A stretch of DNA of 64,000 nucleotides, taken from Nitrosomonadales bacterium. GTDB lineage: Bacteria > Pseudomonadota > Gammaproteobacteria > Burkholderiales > SG8-39. The first letter of the stretch is position 1. Each line of letters starts with the position of its first letter. The notes beneath the pieces were generated by a model that saw nothing but the letters and a program-made list of their open reading frames with translations, made no database searches and was not told where the DNA came from. A program made the position numbers and the translations under genes. The stretch lies in the NCBI GenBank assembly GCA_005240145.1, contig SBAS01000095.1:14232-78231 (forward strand), in the 5' to 3' direction. Below, in pieces: positions 12,822-23,807 of this stretch.

Positions 12822-13292
12822 TTAAAGTTGTTTCTTGATCCCGTCCAGCAACTCAGCGTGCGCCTTGGCATCCACCTCGCGGCGCAGGATCTTCTCCGCG
12901 CCGGCCACCGCAAGCGCCGCGACCTGTTCGCGCAGCTGCTCGCGCGCACGCGAGGCTTCCTGCTGGATATCGGCCTTGGCAGCCGCTTTTTCGCGATCGC
13001 CTTCGGCCTTGGCGGCGGCCTTTGCCTCCTCGATCATCTGCGCATCGCGCTTTTCCGCCTGCACGATGATTTCCGCGGCGCGCTCGCGCGCCTCCTGGAT
13101 CGTCTGCTCGGCCTGTTTACTCGAGACTTCGAGCGATTTCTTGCCGCGCTCGCCAGCCGCCAGGCCGTCAGCTATCTGTTTCTGCCGCGCCCCGATGGCG
13201 CGCAGCAGCGGCGGCCAGACGAACCTGACCGTGAACCAGATGAACGCCGTGAAGACGAGCGCCTGCGCGAACAGCGTGAAGTTGATGTTCAT
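12822..13292 (-). CDS. atpF: Fo ATP synthase subunit b
   Basis: The internal ATG gives [29 protein letters not shown] followed by a long charged coiled coil. The track ORF has 68 extra upstream codons overlapping atpE. Confidence 0.9.
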   Translation of the reverse strand: MNINFTLFAQALVFTAFIWFTVRFVWPPLLRAIGARQKQIADGLAAGERGKKSLEVSSKQAEQTIQEARERAAEIIVQAEKRDAQMIEEAKAAAKAEGDREKAAAKADIQQEASRAREQLREQVAALAVAGAEKILRREVDAKAHAELLDGIKKQL

Positions 13293-13330
13293 GCTTCCCC
13301 CTGTTTCTCTGCGTAGGGAGCTGGCAAGGC

Positions 13331-14443
<1,113 letters not shown>

Positions 14444-14444
<1 letters not shown>

Positions 14445-14836
14445 CAGGGTCTGGGCTGGTTGTGTTCGCGTACAAAAAATGCCATCGAGAAAATCAGGGC
14501 TGTCGCCATGAACGAGCCAAGAAACGCCAGTACTACCACCTCAGCGTAGACAGCCAGTACGAGCGCCAGAAGGATGGCGATCGTGCCGAGTTTGACTCCC
14601 TCGGCCTTGAGCGCGGTCACCAGGATCCCCCCTGCTGATTGCTCCCTGCCTGCCGTCGCGACCATCCCCGACGCCCAGCCTGCACTGACGCTGACCGCGC
14701 CCCCCAAGGCTGCGGACAGCGCGCCGTGCACCCCGGCCAGAACCCCCGCCAACAGGGTCAGCGCAACCGTGGCAAGACACTGCCACCGGATAACCACGCG
14801 TATGGGCTTGCTCAGGATGCGGCCGCTGGCACTCAT
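14444..14836 (-). CDS. atpI: ATP synthase protein I
   Basis: Small hydrophobic protein at the head of the atp operon. I prefer ATG 14836 (SD AGGAAG 8 nt upstream) over the track's TTG 14854, which would lie at the predicted transcription start. Confidence 0.7.
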
Positions 14837-14862
14837 GTTCGCCGCTTCCTGCAACGCGCGAA

Positions 14863-14892
14863 ATTATATTGGTTTGGCACACTGTGGGTCAA
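14863..14892 (-). promoter_or_regulatory. Sigma70-type promoter of the atp operon
   Basis: Minus strand reads TTGACC (14892-14887), 18-nt spacer, TATAAT (14868-14863). It lies about 27 nt upstream of the atpI ATG. Confidence 0.55.
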
Positions 14893-14937
14893 CGTGTTGC
14901 GGTGCAAAATTCTGTCCTCGAACGCACTGTGGTGGCG

Positions 14938-15780
14938 TCAGCGAAGTTTCTTCAGCAACCGGTCCAGATGGTCGAGTCCCGAATAGCGTACGACGATGCT
15001 GCCACTGCCCTTGCGCCCCGGGCGGATTTGCACGGTGGTTCCGAGCCGCTGCGAAGTCTCCTCCTCAAGTCGCGCCAGATCGCGGTCGGTTTTCGGCTTG
15101 CGGTGCGTGGCCGTGCCGCGCGCCAGGCTCGCGGCCAGGGCCTCGCTTTCACGCGCCGACAGGCCGCGCGCGACGATACGATTTGCGGCCTCGACCTGGC
15201 GCGCGCCGTCGAGCCCGAGCAGGGCGCGCGCGTGTCCCATCTCGAGCGTGCCCTGCATCAGCATTGCCTGCACCGGCTTGGCGAGCCTGAGCAGGCGCAG
15301 CAGGTTCGTGGTGGCGCTGCGCGAGCGGCCGACCGCGTCGGCGGCCTGCTCATGGGTCATGCGGAACTCCTCGATCAGGCGCTGCAGGCCCGAGGCCTCC
15401 TCGATCGGGTTGAGGTCCTCGCGCTGAATGTTTTCGATCAGCGCCATCGCGAGCGCAGCGTTGTCCGGCACGTCGCGCACCAGTACCGGCACCTCGGTGA
15501 GTCCTGCGAGCTGCGCGCCGCGCCAGCGGCGTTCGCCGGCGATCAGCTCGTAGTTGCCGCCGCCGACAGGCCGCACCAGCAAGGGCTGCATCAGTCCCTG
15601 CGCGCGAATCGATGCCGCGAGTTCGGCAAGCGCCTTCTCGTCCATGCGCGTGCGCGGCTGATATTTCCCAGGTCGGATCGAACCCACCGGCAGGCTCGCC
15701 ATCGCATCCTTGCGCGCCGGGCTGTCGTCGCTGCCGAGCAGGGCGTCGAGGCCCCGCCCGAGTCCCTTGGGCTTGTTCAT
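14938..15780 (-). CDS. parB: Chromosome partitioning protein ParB (parS-binding CTPase)
   Basis: MNKPKGLGRGLDALL N-terminus, GERRWRGAQLAG box and an HTH region. ATGA overlap with the parA stop; the track ORF is extended upstream over parA. Confidence 0.93.
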   Translation of the reverse strand: MNKPKGLGRGLDALLGSDDSPARKDAMASLPVGSIRPGKYQPRTRMDEKALAELAASIRAQGLMQPLLVRPVGGGNYELIAGERRWRGAQLAGLTEVPVLVRDVPDNAALAMALIENIQREDLNPIEEASGLQRLIEEFRMTHEQAADAVGRSRSATTNLLRLLRLAKPVQAMLMQGTLEMGHARALLGLDGARQVEAANRIVARGLSARESEALAASLARGTATHRKPKTDRDLARLEEETSQRLGTTVQIRPGRKGSGSIVVRYSGLDHLDRLLKKLR

Positions 15781-16538
15781 GGGTAGCCTTTCAGAATTTC
15801 CTCGGTGAGCGCGGCGTAGGCCTGAGCGCCTTTCGACGTCTTGTCCCAGATCAGCGCCGGGGCGCCGAAGCTGGGCGCTTCGGCCAGACGCACGTTGCGC
15901 GGCACCAGGGTGCGATAGACCTTGTTGCCGAAATGCTGTTCCAGTTGCCGCGAAACCTGGTTCGCCAGCGTATTGCGAGGATCGAACATGGTGCGCAGCA
16001 GTCCGGCGATTTCGAGCCGCGGGTTGAGGTTCGAGCGCACCCGCTTGATGGTGCCGACCAGATCGGAAAGTCCCTCCAGCGCGTAGTACTCGCACTGCAT
16101 CGGGATCAGCACCTGCGCCGCGGCGGCGAACGCGTTTACCGTCAGCAGGCTGAGCGACGGCGGGCAATCGATGAGGATGAAATCGTAGTCGCCCGCGATC
16201 CGCTCCAGCGCGGCGCCGAGGCGGCCTTCGCGATTCGGCAGCGGCACCAGCTCCACCTCGGCACCGGCAAGATCGCGGTTGGCTGGAATGAGATCGTAGC
16301 CGCTGTCGACGCGCATGCGGATGTTGGCCGCGTCCCCGAGCCCGAGCAGCACGTGGTAGATCGTGCGCTCGAGCTTGCTCTTGTTGACGCCGCTGCCCAT
16401 GGTCGCATTGCCCTGCGGATCGAGATCGACGAGCAGCACGCGGCGGCCGGATTGCGCCATGCCGGCGGCCAGGTTGACGCTCGTCGTCGTCTTGCCGACG
16501 CCGCCCTTCTGGTTCGCGACCGCGAGGATGTGCGCCAT
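15777..16538 (-). CDS. parA: Chromosome partitioning ATPase ParA/Soj
   Basis: Deviant Walker A NQKGGVGKTTT. Start chosen at MAHILAV (ATG 16538), immediately after the rsmG stop. Confidence 0.93.
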   Translation of the reverse strand: MAHILAVANQKGGVGKTTTSVNLAAGMAQSGRRVLLVDLDPQGNATMGSGVNKSKLERTIYHVLLGLGDAANIRMRVDSGYDLIPANRDLAGAEVELVPLPNREGRLGAALERIAGDYDFILIDCPPSLSLLTVNAFAAAAQVLIPMQCEYYALEGLSDLVGTIKRVRSNLNPRLEIAGLLRTMFDPRNTLANQVSRQLEQHFGNKVYRTLVPRNVRLAEAPSFGAPALIWDKTSKGAQAYAALTEEILKGYP

Positions 16539-16540
16539 GC

Positions 16541-17194
16541 TCAAACTGCGACCCGGCACAGCACGAGATGCCGCTCCGCTCCGAGCAGCGGCACCTTGAG
16601 GCGACGCACGTCGCGGCAGTCGCAGCCGGGCGGCAACTGCGCCAGCTCGTCGCGCGGATAGGCGCCTTTCATCGCGGCGAGGACTCCCGCGGGCGCGGCG
16701 AGGTGGCGGCAGCGCTCGAGGAAATCGGCCAGGCTGGCGAGCCCGCGCGAGATCACCACGGCAAAGCCCGCTGCCGGATACCAGTCTTCCGCGCGCCCGA
16801 CGTGTACCGTCGCGTTGCTCAGGCCGAGCTCGATCACCGCCTGGCGCAGGAATGCGCCCTTCTTCTCGTTGGCGTCATTCAAGGTGACGGCGCGCGCCGG
16901 ATCTGCAATGGCGAGGGGAATGCCGGGCAATCCGCCGCCCGAACCGACGTCCACGAGTTGTCCCTTGCAATCGGACAACTCGCGCAGCACCACGAGGGAA
17001 TCCAGTACGTGATGGCTCACGGCCTGCAGCGGGTCGCGGATCGCGGTGAGGTTATAGGTCTGGTTCCACTTCGCGAGCAACGCCAGGTACGCCAGCAACT
17101 TTTCCGCCGCGCCCGAGGGCAGGGCAAGCGCGAGATCGGCCAGTCCGCGCTCCAACGCCGCTCGCGGCGTCCTGCACGCGGCCTGCGGGGTCAT
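16541..17194 (-). CDS. rsmG: 16S rRNA m7G527 methyltransferase RsmG (GidB)
   Basis: SAM motif [16 protein letters not shown], 217 aa, and the gidA-gidB-parA-parB synteny. Confidence 0.9.
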   Translation of the reverse strand: MTPQAACRTPRAALERGLADLALALPSGAAEKLLAYLALLAKWNQTYNLTAIRDPLQAVSHHVLDSLVVLRELSDCKGQLVDVGSGGGLPGIPLAIADPARAVTLNDANEKKGAFLRQAVIELGLSNATVHVGRAEDWYPAAGFAVVISRGLASLADFLERCRHLAAPAGVLAAMKGAYPRDELAQLPPGCDCRDVRRLKVPLLGAERHLVLCRVAV

Positions 17195-19104
17195 GCGCTT
17201 TTCTTGTGTCGCGGATCCTGCTTGCGGGGTCTGGCGTGCACGCGCTTCAGATGCACCAGAAGGAGCGAGACGGCCGCCGGTGTCACGCCCGAAATCCTGG
17301 CGGCCTGGCCGATCGTCTGCGGCCTCTGCCGCGCCAGGGTCTGGCGCACCTCGGTAGAGAGGCCGCGCACTTCCGCGTAGTCCAGGTCGGCCGGGAGCGC
17401 TGCCGATTCCTGCGCCAGGTGTCGATCCACTTCCTCCTGCTGGCGCGCGATATAGCCTTGGTACTTGGCCTGGGTTTCCACTTGCTCGGCCACCATCTTA
17501 TCCTCTACCCCCTTTCCAAATGCTGGTATTAGAGACAGCGAGCGATAACTAACATTTGGCCGCCGCAGCAATTCGTGCAGGCTGTACTCGCGCTCGATGG
17601 ACTGGCCGAGGACGTGCCGCGCAATCTCGGCAGGCAGGCTGCGGGGATTTACCCAGGTGGATTTCATTCGCTCTGTCTCGAGCGCGATCGCATCGCGCTT
17701 GCGGCTGAACGCATCCCAGCGCGCATCGTCGACGATGCCGAGCCTGCGGCCACAGTCGGTGAGCCGCAGGTCGGCATTGTCTTCGCGCAGCATGAGGCGA
17801 TACTCCGCCCGGCTGGTAAACATGCGGTAGGGCTCGCTCACACCCCGCGTGATGAGGTCGTCGACCAGCACGCCAAGGTACGCCTCGTCGCGGCGCGGAC
17901 ACCAGGCAGGCTTGCCCAGCGCCAGCAATCCCGCGTTGAGGCCCGCCAGCAGTCCCTGGGCTGCGGCTTCCTCATATCCGGTGGTGCCGTTGATCTGCCC
18001 GGCGAAAAAGAGACCGGCGATGGTTTTGGTCTGCAACGAGGATTGCAGATTGCGCGGATCAAAATAGTCGTACTCGATCGCGTACCCCGGACGCAGTACG
18101 TGCGCCTCCTCCAGGCCGCGGATCGAGCGCACCAGGGCGAGCTGAACGTCGAAGGGCAAGCTGGTGGAAATGCCATTGGGATAGATCTCGTGCGTGCTCA
18201 GTCCCTCGGGCTCGAGGAAGATCTGGTGCCCCGCCTTGCCGGCAAAGCGATGAATCTTGTCCTCGATCGACGGGCAGTACCGCGGACCGACGCCCCGGAT
18301 GACGCCCGTAAACATCGGCGAGCGGTCGAGCGCGCCACGGATGATCTCGTGCGTGCGCTCGTTGGTATGCGTGACCCAGCACGGCAGCTGCCGGGGGTGC
18401 ATGTCGCGCCGGCCCAAAAACGAGAACACCGGCTCCGGCGTGTCCCCGGGCTGGGCTTCCAGTACTGATAAATCGATGGTGCTGCCGTCCAGCCGTGGCG
18501 GCGTACCCGTTTTCAGGCGCCCGACGGGAAGTTTCATCTCCCGTAGACGCGCGGCAAGAGCGATCGAGGCCGGATCCCCGGCACGCCCGGCCTGATGGCT
18601 CTGCAACCCGACATGCACCAGGCCGGACAGGAAGGTCCCGGCCGTGAGGACGACGGTACGGCTGCGAAAGCGCAAACCGATCTGCGTCACGACACCCGCG
18701 ACCTGATCGCCTTCCAGAAGGATATCGTCGACGGCCTGCTGGAACAGCGTCAGGTTCGGCTGCTGCTCGAGCCGGCTGCGGATCGCCTGCTTGTACAGCA
18801 GCCGGTCGGCCTGCGCCCGCGTTGCCCGCACTGCCGGGCCCTTGGAAGAATTGAGGGTGCGGAACTGGATGCCGGCCTCGTCCGTCGCAAGCGCCATCGC
18901 CCCGCCCAGGGCGTCCACTTCCCGGACCAGATGTCCTTTGCCAATCCCGCCGATGGACGGATTGCAGGACATCTGCCCGAGCGTTTCGATGCTGTGGCTC
19001 AGCAAGAGCGTCTTGCAGCCGAGCCGGGCCGCGGCCAACGCGGCCTCGGTCCCGGCATGGCCGCCGCCAATCACGATTACGTCGAATTCGGTCGGAAATT
19101 GCAT
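17191..19104 (-). CDS. mnmG: tRNA uridine-5-carboxymethylaminomethyl synthesis enzyme MnmG (GidA)
   Basis: [26 protein letters not shown] fold, about 637 aa. Start at the internal [12 protein letters not shown]. Confidence 0.95.
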   Translation of the reverse strand: MQFPTEFDVIVIGGGHAGTEAALAAARLGCKTLLLSHSIETLGQMSCNPSIGGIGKGHLVREVDALGGAMALATDEAGIQFRTLNSSKGPAVRATRAQADRLLYKQAIRSRLEQQPNLTLFQQAVDDILLEGDQVAGVVTQIGLRFRSRTVVLTAGTFLSGLVHVGLQSHQAGRAGDPASIALAARLREMKLPVGRLKTGTPPRLDGSTIDLSVLEAQPGDTPEPVFSFLGRRDMHPRQLPCWVTHTNERTHEIIRGALDRSPMFTGVIRGVGPRYCPSIEDKIHRFAGKAGHQIFLEPEGLSTHEIYPNGISTSLPFDVQLALVRSIRGLEEAHVLRPGYAIEYDYFDPRNLQSSLQTKTIAGLFFAGQINGTTGYEEAAAQGLLAGLNAGLLALGKPAWCPRRDEAYLGVLVDDLITRGVSEPYRMFTSRAEYRLMLREDNADLRLTDCGRRLGIVDDARWDAFSRKRDAIALETERMKSTWVNPRSLPAEIARHVLGQSIEREYSLHELLRRPNVSYRSLSLIPAFGKGVEDKMVAEQVETQAKYQGYIARQQEEVDRHLAQESAALPADLDYAEVRGLSTEVRQTLARQRPQTIGQAARISGVTPAAVSLLLVHLKRVHARPRKQDPRHKKSA

Positions 19105-19137
19105 GGGATGGGCGTTGCGCGGCGAATGATACGGCAA

Positions 19138-19153
19138 TGTTTCACGTGGAACT
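19138..19153. promoter_or_regulatory. parS site (15/16 match to consensus)
   Basis: TGTTTCACGTGGAACT versus the palindromic parS consensus TGTTNCACGTGAAACA, read on the opposite strand. Confidence 0.75.
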
Positions 19154-19176
19154 AGGACCCTCCCGCGCAAGCCTGA

Positions 19177-19192
19177 TGTTTCACGTGGAACA
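19177..19192. promoter_or_regulatory. parS site (16/16 match)
   Basis: TGTTTCACGTGGAACA is the exact reverse complement of TGTTCCACGTGAAACA. It lies 39 bp (start to start) from the first copy. Confidence 0.85.
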
Positions 19193-19205
19193 GCAAGGTT
19201 CTAGC

Positions 19206-19228
19206 TATTTGCTGCATAGCAGCAAATA
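19206..19228. promoter_or_regulatory. Perfect 10-bp inverted repeat (candidate operator or hairpin)
   Basis: TATTTGCTGC-ATA-GCAGCAAATA, an AT-rich palindrome in a GC-rich spacer 55 bp upstream of the MFS gene. Confidence 0.3.
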
Positions 19229-19282
19229 CGATCGATATGAGACAATCCGGCCCCCTGTTGCCACCCCTGGTCCGGATCGATC

Positions 19283-20464
19283 GTGATTTCGCTCGCCCGC
19301 TACTCGGCCTTGCTGGTGCAACCGGCCCTGCGCTCCGCGTTCGCGGCCTCCATGCTCGGGCGCCTGCCGATCGGTATCGCAGGCCTCGCGATCCTGCTCC
19401 TGGCGCGCGATACGACCGGATCCTTCGGCAGCGCGGGGGCGGTAGCGGCTTGGTACGTCGCCGGACTCGCCGCCACGGCCCCCATGCTGGGACGCGTCAT
19501 CGACCGCTACGGGCCGCGCTCGACGTTGTTCTGCTGCGCGCTCGTGTTTCCATCCGCGCTCGCGGCGCTGGTCGTGGCACTTTCCATGCCCGCGCCGCTG
19601 TGGCTGTCGTTCGCGCTCGCCGCGGCCGCGGGCGCTTCCTTCCCGCCCATCACCGTGTGCATGCGGACGTTCTTCAAGCTGCGCCTGCAAGACGATGCGC
19701 TCGCCACCGCCTACTCGCTTGAATCGGTGCTGATCGAGATGATCTTCATTCTCGGCCCGGTGCTGGTGGCGGTTTTTGTCGCGCTCGCCTCGCCCGCCGC
19801 CGCGGTGCTCTTCGCGGCCGCCTGCGGTTGCGCCGGCACACTGCTGTTTCGCGATTCGGAAGCACTGCGTCGATGGACGATCCTCGAGCGCGCGAGCTCG
19901 AGCCTGTTCGGGCCCCTTGCCGAACCCGATTTCGTACCACTGCTCGCGGTAATCCTCTGCTATGCAACCGCGTTCGGCCTGGTGGAGATCGGCACGATCG
20001 CCTACGCGACCGAATCCAGGAATGCCGCGCTTGCCGGCGTGTTGCTGGGCATCATGAGCATCGGCAGCGCGGCCGGCGGCATTGTTTACGGTAGCCGCAG
20101 CTGGCGATTGCCCCTGACGCGCCAATTTCCCATCATGCTGGCGCTGATGGGCCTGGGCGTCGGGCCGCTCGCGCTGTGGTCCGCCTCCTGGGCGTTCGGC
20201 CTCTGGTGCCTGGTCGCCGGCATTGCCATGGCGCCCGCACTGATCATGCAATCGATGCTGGTGGCGCGAATCTCGCGCCCCGAGCACTCGACGGAAGCGT
20301 TCACCTGGTCGACAACGGGACTGCTTGCCGGAGTCGGGCTGGGGCTTACCTCCGGCGGCGTGCTGCTGGAGTACGAGAATTCATCTGCTGTTTTTACCGC
20401 TGCGGCCGCGCTTGCGGTTGCGGCGGGCGCGGCGTCCCTGGTGCTGGTGAAAGCGCGAAACTAG
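19283..20464 (+). CDS. MFS transporter
   Basis: 393-aa protein with about 12 predicted TM segments and an MFS-like GRVIDRYGPR loop; GTG start as in the track. Confidence 0.8.
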   Translation: MISLARYSALLVQPALRSAFAASMLGRLPIGIAGLAILLLARDTTGSFGSAGAVAAWYVAGLAATAPMLGRVIDRYGPRSTLFCCALVFPSALAALVVALSMPAPLWLSFALAAAAGASFPPITVCMRTFFKLRLQDDALATAYSLESVLIEMIFILGPVLVAVFVALASPAAAVLFAAACGCAGTLLFRDSEALRRWTILERASSSLFGPLAEPDFVPLLAVILCYATAFGLVEIGTIAYATESRNAALAGVLLGIMSIGSAAGGIVYGSRSWRLPLTRQFPIMLALMGLGVGPLALWSASWAFGLWCLVAGIAMAPALIMQSMLVARISRPEHSTEAFTWSTTGLLAGVGLGLTSGGVLLEYENSSAVFTAAAALAVAAGAASLVLVKARN

Positions 20465-20473
20465 GCTCGCCTC

Positions 20474-22312
20474 CTACACGGCCAGTTTCTGGCGCATCCC
20501 GCCGCGGCGGATTTCCAGATCGGGCGGCAGGCGCGCGCCGAGCTTGCCGAAGAGCTCATCGTGCGACTGCAGCTCCGCGCCCCAGGCTTTTTCGTCGACG
20601 CGCGCAATCTCCTCGTAGCGCGCACGATCGAAGCGTTCCAGTCCGGTCCAGTTCAAATCCTCGTAGCGCGGGATCACGCCGAGCACCGAATCCACTCCCT
20701 GCGCGCGGCCGCCGCAGCGGTCGACAATCCATTTCAGCACGCGCATGTTCTCCGCGAACCCCGGCCAGATGTACTTGCCGTTCGCGTCCTTCCTGAACCA
20801 GTTGACGCGAAACACTTTCGGCGCGCGCGATGCCGCCTTGCCGACTTTCAGCCAGTGCGAGAAATAGTCGCCCATGTGATAGCCGCAGAAGGCGAGCATC
20901 GCCATTGGGTCCCGCCGCACCACGCCGACCTTGCCGGTGATCGCGGCGGTGGTTTCGGATCCCAGCGTCGCGCCCATGTGGACGCCGTCCTCCCACGTCG
21001 GAGCCTCGACAACCAGGGGCACGGTGCTCGAGCGCCTGCCGCCGAAGATGAACGCCGAAATCGGCACGCCCGCGGGATCTTCCCAGCGCGAATCCATCGA
21101 CGGGCATTGCGCCGCGGCGACCGTAAAGCGCGCATTGGGATGTGCCGCGACACGGCCGCAGCCGGGAACCCATTCCTTGCCCTGCCAGTCCATCAGCCGC
21201 GCCGGCGGCTCCTTGGTCATGTCCTCCCACCACACGTCGCCCTCCGGCGTGATGGCGACATTGGTGAAAATGACGTTCGCGCGCAGCATTTTCATCGCAT
21301 TCGGATTGGTCGCCTCGGATGTGCCAGGCGCGACACCGAACAGGCCCGCTTCTGGATTGATGGCGTAAAAGCGGCCATCGGCGCCGGGTTTGATCCAGGC
21401 GATGTCCTCGCCGACGGTGGTCACCTTCCAGCCGGCGAAGGCCGCCGGCGGTATCAGCATGGCGAAATTCGTCTTGCCGCAGGCGCTCGGAAACGCCGCC
21501 GTCACATAATGCTTCTCGCCTGCGGGTGACTCGAGGCCGAGGATCAGCATGTGTTCCGCGAGCCAGCCTTCGTCGCGCGCCATGACCGAGGCGATGCGCA
21601 GCGCGAGGCACTTCTTGCCCAGCAGTGCGTTGCCGCCGTAGCCCGAGCCGAAGGACCATATTTCCCGCGTCTCGGGAAAATGCACGATCCACTTTTCCTT
21701 GTCGTTGCATGGCCAGGGGACATCCTTCGCCCCGGCCGCGAGCGGCGCACCTACCGAGTGCATGCAGGGAACGAACGCGCCGTCCTCGCCCAGATGCTCG
21801 ATCACCGCGCGCCCCATGCGCGTCATGAGCTTCATGTTGACCACGACGTAGGCCGAGTCGGACAGCTCGACGCCCACCTGCGCGATGTGCGAACCGATCG
21901 GCCCCATGGAAAAAGGCACGACATAGAGCGTGCGTCCACGCATGCAGCCATCGAACAGGCGCCCGAGCGTGGCGCGCATTTCGCCCGGATCGATCCAGTT
22001 GTTGGTCGGCCCGGCGTCGTCCTTGCGGTTCGCACAGATGAAGGTGCGCTCTTCCATGCGCGCCACGTCCGTGGGATTCGAGCGCGCGAGATAGCTTCCC
22101 GGCCGCAGTTTTTCGTTCAGCTTGAGGAAAGTGCCGCCGGCCACGAGTTCGCCGCACAACCGGTCGTATTCCGCCGGCGAACCATCGCACCAGACGACGC
22201 GCTCGGGCTTGGTCAGGCGCGCCATCGCAGCGACCCAATCGCGCAGCTTCCGGTGCCGAACCCAGTCCGGCGCTGCAGCGATATTGCCTTGGGGGGGACT
22301 GCGGTCGTTCAT
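20474..22312 (-). CDS. pckG: Phosphoenolpyruvate carboxykinase (GTP)
   Basis: 612 aa with GTP-PEPCK signatures ([45 protein letters not shown]). Confidence 0.92.
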   Translation of the reverse strand: MNDRSPPQGNIAAAPDWVRHRKLRDWVAAMARLTKPERVVWCDGSPAEYDRLCGELVAGGTFLKLNEKLRPGSYLARSNPTDVARMEERTFICANRKDDAGPTNNWIDPGEMRATLGRLFDGCMRGRTLYVVPFSMGPIGSHIAQVGVELSDSAYVVVNMKLMTRMGRAVIEHLGEDGAFVPCMHSVGAPLAAGAKDVPWPCNDKEKWIVHFPETREIWSFGSGYGGNALLGKKCLALRIASVMARDEGWLAEHMLILGLESPAGEKHYVTAAFPSACGKTNFAMLIPPAAFAGWKVTTVGEDIAWIKPGADGRFYAINPEAGLFGVAPGTSEATNPNAMKMLRANVIFTNVAITPEGDVWWEDMTKEPPARLMDWQGKEWVPGCGRVAAHPNARFTVAAAQCPSMDSRWEDPAGVPISAFIFGGRRSSTVPLVVEAPTWEDGVHMGATLGSETTAAITGKVGVVRRDPMAMLAFCGYHMGDYFSHWLKVGKAASRAPKVFRVNWFRKDANGKYIWPGFAENMRVLKWIVDRCGGRAQGVDSVLGVIPRYEDLNWTGLERFDRARYEEIARVDEKAWGAELQSHDELFGKLGARLPPDLEIRRGGMRQKLAV

Positions 22313-22325
22313 CGAACGGGCTCCC

Positions 22326-22362
22326 GGAAAAGAAATCGGCCCTGGGGCAGCACCCGGGCCGA
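22326..22362 (-). terminator. Terminator-like hairpin plus U-tract between mnmE and pckG
   Basis: Minus strand: UCGGCCC, 13-nt loop, GGGCCGA, then UUUCUUUUCC. It ends 13 nt before the pckG ATG and abuts its GGGAG SD. Confidence 0.4.
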
Positions 22363-22463
22363 TGGCAACAGCTGAGGGGCGGATTTTACCGCGCTGCGTG
22401 GACCGCCGCGAGGCACGGGCAGCGCGCGCAGAATTCCGTTAATTGCCAAAACGATAGTCAATA

Positions 22464-23807
22464 TCATTTTCCGATACAGAAGCGCGAGAAGATCTCTCCG
22501 AGCAGGTCATCCGCGCTGAGCCGCCCCGAAATTTCGCCCAGGGCCTCCTGCGCCAGGCGCAACTCCTCGGCGAAGAGTTCCCACTGCGGCAAGCGCGCGC
22601 CGGCAGTCTCCAGATGTGTGCGCGCCTTGGCGAGTGCGCGCAGGTGGCGTTCGCGCGCGAGAAATACCGTCTCGCCGCGCGTCGTCCAGCCGGCCGCCTC
22701 GAGAACCGCCGCGCGCAGCGCTTCAAGCCCCGCGCCGGTCTTGGCGGAAACGCCGATCTCGTTCCCCTGCCGGCCCGCCACCGCGCCGGGGAGCAGATCG
22801 ATCTTGTTGAGGACATTGATTCGCGTCGCCGCAGCCGGCAATGGCCCCTGCGGCGCGGCCGGATCGGCAGCATCGAGAATGACGAGCAGCACATCGGCGC
22901 GCGCCATTTCCTCGCGCGTGCGCTCCATGCCGAGCTGCTCCACCTCGTCGCGCGATTCGTGCAAGCCCGCGGTATCCACCACCACGATCGGTACACCTTC
23001 GATCAGGATCGATTCGCGCAGCGCATCGCGCGTGGTTCCGGGCACTGCCGTGACGATCGCGCGCGCCGTGCCCGCGAGCCTGTTCATGAGGCTCGACTTG
23101 CCGACATTCGGCCGGCCTGCGAGCACCGCGTGAATGCCCGTGCGCAACAGGCTTCCCTGCCGGCTCTTCGCGAGCACGTCCTCGAGGGCAGCGCGCACCT
23201 GGCCGAGGCGCCGGCCGGCATCGTCGCGGTGCAATGCGTCCACCTCCTCGTCCGGAAAATCGAGCATCGCTTCGGTTAGCGCGCGCAGCTCGGTGAGCGC
23301 GGCGGCAAGGTTCGCAATCACCGCGGAGAAATCGCCCTCCAGGGAGCGCAGCGCCGATCGCGCCGCCTCGCGGCTCGCGGCGTCGATGAGATCGGCGACC
23401 GCCTCGGCCTGCGCCAGGTCGAGCTTGTCGTTGAGGAACGCGCGCCGCGTGAATTCTCCCGGCCCGGCCAGACGCGCGCCGGCATCGAGCACCGCGCCGA
23501 GCACCGCGTGCAGTACGACCGGACCGCCGTGCCCCTGCAATTCGAGGACCTCGTCCCCTGTATAGGAATGCGGCGCCTTGAAGTACAGCGCGATCCCCTC
23601 GTCGAGGCGTTCGCCGCGAGCGTCGCGAAAAGAGCACTGCGTGGCCTGCCTGGGTTGCAGCAGCCGCCCGGTCAGCGCCTGTGCGATCGCTGGCACCTTC
23701 GGACCGGACACCCGCACGATCCCGATACCGCCGCGGCCCGCCGGTGTGGCGATCGCTGCGATGGTGTCCGGGGCGAGCAAGCTCCTTCCTATGTCACCGC
23801 TTGGCAT
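22464..23807 (-). CDS. mnmE: tRNA modification GTPase MnmE (TrmE)
   Basis: DTIAAIATPAGRGGIGIVRVSG N-terminus, G-domain GRPNVGKSSL and the C-terminal FCIGK motif. Confidence 0.95.
   Translation of the reverse strand: MPSGDIGRSLLAPDTIAAIATPAGRGGIGIVRVSGPKVPAIAQALTGRLLQPRQATQCSFRDARGERLDEGIALYFKAPHSYTGDEVLELQGHGGPVVLHAVLGAVLDAGARLAGPGEFTRRAFLNDKLDLAQAEAVADLIDAASREAARSALRSLEGDFSAVIANLAAALTELRALTEAMLDFPDEEVDALHRDDAGRRLGQVRAALEDVLAKSRQGSLLRTGIHAVLAGRPNVGKSSLMNRLAGTARAIVTAVPGTTRDALRESILIEGVPIVVVDTAGLHESRDEVEQLGMERTREEMARADVLLVILDAADPAAPQGPLPAAATRINVLNKIDLLPGAVAGRQGNEIGVSAKTGAGLEALRAAVLEAAGWTTRGETVFLARERHLRALAKARTHLETAGARLPQWELFAEELRLAQEALGEISGRLSADDLLGEIFSRFCIGK

Noticed and set aside
19105-19282. 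An E. coli-style oriC next to mnmG (gidA).
   Set aside because: The spacer holds parS sites and a palindrome but no recognisable DnaA boxes. The boxes and the AT-rich stretch lie around dnaA instead.
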